Origin: an uncultured Gemmatimonadales bacterium
GTDB lineage: Bacteria; Gemmatimonadota; Gemmatimonadetes; Gemmatimonadales; Gemmatimonadaceae
Direction: 5' to 3'
DNA: 64,000 bases
Assembly: GCA_963701965.1 (NCBI GenBank)
Contig: OY969695.1
Coordinates: forward strand, 1,760,001 to 1,824,000
Shown: positions 62,212 to 64,000 of the stretch, piece by piece
How positions within the stretch are numbered: position 1 is the stretch's first letter
Layout of the letters: the number at the start of each line of letters is the position of its first letter
Position numbers and translations under genes: made by a program
Notes under the pieces: model-generated
Told to the model about the DNA's origin: nothing
The model's database searches: none
What the model saw: only the letters and a program-made list of their open reading frames with translations

Positions 62212-62320
62212 GTCAGTGGATCGCGAGGGTAACTCACACAAAAGGCCGCGACGATGAGAACTCCACCGTTCGCGGCCCGCTAACTGCTTGTCAGTTCTAC
62301 AACTACGTATCAGTCGAAAA

Positions 62321-62362
62321 CGCGCCCGGAGAGACTCGAACTCCCAACCTTTTGATCCGTAG
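62321..62362 (-). mobile_element. att-like 3' half of tRNA-Arg(ACG), copy 2
   Basis: Minus strand CT-ACG-GA TCAAA AGGTT GGGAG TTCGAGT CTCTC CGGGCGC G: anticodon loop to discriminator, no D-arm or 5' acceptor strand. Confidence 0.9.
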
Positions 62363-62423
62363 GCAGAATCCACCGACATCGCGATTCCCTCTACTACGAT
62401 CGTCGCTATCTTAGTCGATCGCC

Positions 62424-62780
62424 ATGCCACCCAACGACGTGCGGATATTGCTCGAGCCAGTGTCCCGATCCGAGCTTGCGGACATGGCGGCGCAGGGATT
62501 CGGCGACATGATCAAGGCGGTGGTGGATGTGAGCCAAGCTATCATGGCCGTGGGCGGCGACCTCCATTCCGACGAGGAGGCGGCGCTGCTGGATGCCGGA
62601 TCGCGCCAGAGTGACATCTGGGGAATCAACCTCTATCCGTCGGAACAGACGGACGATTGGATCGAGTTCGACTCCATGATCAACGTGCGACCGGCACAAG
62701 GGAATCGATCACGCTCCGTTGACAATGTCGCATTGCGGACCGAGATCGTACGCATTGTGCGCACGCTCGTCATCGATTGA
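62424..62780 (+). CDS. DUF5674-like protein
   Basis: FGDMIKAVVD...MA..G.LH.DEE..LL..GS.Q.D.WG.N.YP...IEFDSMIN.RP.QGNRSR.V. Confidence 0.8.
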   Translation: MPPNDVRILLEPVSRSELADMAAQGFGDMIKAVVDVSQAIMAVGGDLHSDEEAALLDAGSRQSDIWGINLYPSEQTDDWIEFDSMINVRPAQGNRSRSVDNVALRTEIVRIVRTLVID

Positions 62781-63142
62781 TGTCGCCACTGCACGCATTG
62801 CTCGCCGGGGGCCGCTGGGCAGAATTGTCCCTCATCGAGCAGCTCGCCAACGTCGGCAGCGAGGTCGAACGCACGTTACTGGCGCATGACGCCGGCCGAA
62901 TCGATCGGCGCGATCACGCTCTCGCTCGCGCGCTCGAGTTGTTCGACCTCACAGCGGTAGATCCGCGTTGGCGTGGCCATCGCCGTCGGGAGATTTTGAG
63001 GGCGCGCGAGTGCTTTTGCGGCGTACTCTTCGCCGAACGCCCCGACCCGGTCAATGCGGTGTTCCTCCGGAAGTACTTTCTGCAGTTCGCGACAGCCGCG
63101 CGCCACGCACGCTTGACCGGTATGCAGAGTCGGCCCACATAG
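62780..63142 (+). CDS. Helical hypothetical protein, partner of DUF5674
   Basis: GRW..LSL.EQLANVGSEVER, RALEL.DLT..D, EI.RARE, KYF..FA; start overlaps upstream stop. Confidence 0.8.
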   Translation: MSPLHALLAGGRWAELSLIEQLANVGSEVERTLLAHDAGRIDRRDHALARALELFDLTAVDPRWRGHRRREILRARECFCGVLFAERPDPVNAVFLRKYFLQFATAARHARLTGMQSRPT

Positions 63143-63266
63143 TCACAGACACACGAAGGCCGCGAAGGTGAGGAAATCCACCAGCGCGGCCTGGGCTAAC
63201 TACCTGCGGGTTTTGAGGTTGTACGAAGGCGCCCGGAGAGACTCGAACTCCCAACCTTTTGATCCG
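62888..63266 (+). repeat. 379-bp direct repeat, copy 2
   Basis: ~96% identical to 30453-30831 by manual alignment. Confidence 0.95.
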
Positions 63267-63269
63267 CAG
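63228..63269 (-). mobile_element. att-like 3' half of tRNA-Arg, copy 3
   Basis: GCGCCCGGAGAGACTCGAACTCCCAACCTTTTGATCCG identical to the copy 2 core; anticodon-loop base differs. Confidence 0.88.
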
Positions 63270-63422
63270 GCAAGCTCCACCGAGGCTGCGTTTCACTCGA
63301 CGACCACCCGTAAGTACCGACATTACCGCGAGATCGCGTCGTCCCCTGCCGTACTTCCCTCGCGGAGATGACGAGCTTCACCGGCTGTAAGACGCACAGA
63401 TACCGAGCGACGTTCGCCCGTC

Positions 63423-63980
63423 TCACCTCGTGGGCTGGCGCGCTCGAGCGCGGCGCACCCGGTCACGGTTGCCGCAGCGCGTATCATTACACCATCGGCG
63501 CGTGTTGCCCTTCGTCGCGTCGACGAACACCCATCGGCAACCAGAGTTGGGACAGATCTTGACGCGGCTCGGCCGGTCCCGCGCGCTGGCGACCAGGGAC
63601 GCGGCGAGCTGCGAGCGCATCCAGGCCCAGTCCGCGCGCACGGGTGCTAGCTCCAGTGACAACGCGCCGCCGCGACGCACCACCTGGTGATACACCGGCG
63701 CACCGAGCACCGCGTTCAGTACCGGAAAGTCACGCGCGCTGAGCGAACCGGTTCGCGCGACTCGCTCCGTGATCCCGCGGAGCATCATCCGGTAGTCGTT
63801 CAGCTCGGCAAATGCCGTGGTGGTTGCGTTCGGCGGGCGGACACGCCAATACGCGAGAAACCGCCGAACCCACGCTGGATCCCGGAGATAATCGGTCAGC
63901 CGGCCGAATCCATCCCACGACTGGCTGTTGACCAGATCGAGCCACGGGGACTGTCGGGTAAACTCCGGGGTCGGTGCCAT
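63423..63980 (-). CDS. CGNR zinc finger (ABATE) protein
   Basis: LDLVNS; CPNSGCRWVFVD.TK...RRWC....CGNR. Confidence 0.92.
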   Translation of the reverse strand: MAPTPEFTRQSPWLDLVNSQSWDGFGRLTDYLRDPAWVRRFLAYWRVRPPNATTTAFAELNDYRMMLRGITERVARTGSLSARDFPVLNAVLGAPVYHQVVRRGGALSLELAPVRADWAWMRSQLAASLVASARDRPSRVKICPNSGCRWVFVDATKGNTRRWCNDTRCGNRDRVRRARARQPTR

Positions 63981-64000
63981 GCGTCGCGCTGAAACATAGC

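Noticed and set aside
62321..62400. Intact tRNA-Arg gene
   Set aside because: No D-arm or 5' acceptor strand beyond the anticodon loop in any of the three copies
61745..63269. Classical integron (intI plus attC)
   Set aside because: Repeats are tRNA-derived rather than attC palindromes, and no IntI-specific insertion is recognisable in the remnant
1..64000. CRISPR array, cas genes, IS transposases, rRNA
   Set aside because: No regularly spaced repeat-spacer run and no recognisable motifs seen

Overview
GC-rich bacterial accessory region, probably Gemmatimonadota or a similar soil lineage. That placement is an inference from the PadR plus ADOP-type permeases and the integrase type. From left to right the window holds: IorA plus an isatin-hydrolase-like cyclase; Na+/H+ antiporter; PadR/ABC permeases; catalase-like peroxidase; an amidase/CoA-transferase operon; hybrid kinase; Ni/Co transporter; msrA; truncated hemoglobin; GH15; a chrB/chrF-headed YncE-TolC-RND-MFP-DUF5916 operon with divergent DUF1259 and a His-tailed DMT; TetR/FAD monooxygenase; Qor/RidA/two PhzF; a TPP enzyme with an ALDH/acyl-CoA dehydrogenase/CoA-transferase/MaoC cluster; HipA with an XRE antitoxin; and a CGNR protein. 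Many gene stubs lie between intact genes. The most notable structure is three copies of the 3' half of tRNA-Arg(ACG) (30793, 62321, 63228), which look like a tandem array of att sites. Two of them bracket a ~0.9-kb integrase-free two-gene cassette (DUF5674 plus partner), whose right part recurs at ~96% identity beside the third copy 32 kb away. A decayed tyrosine integrase sits next to the middle copy. Four independent single-base frameshifts all fall at CATCT/AGATG, which suggests a motif-specific sequencing artefact. All family calls come from motif recognition by eye; no searches were run.
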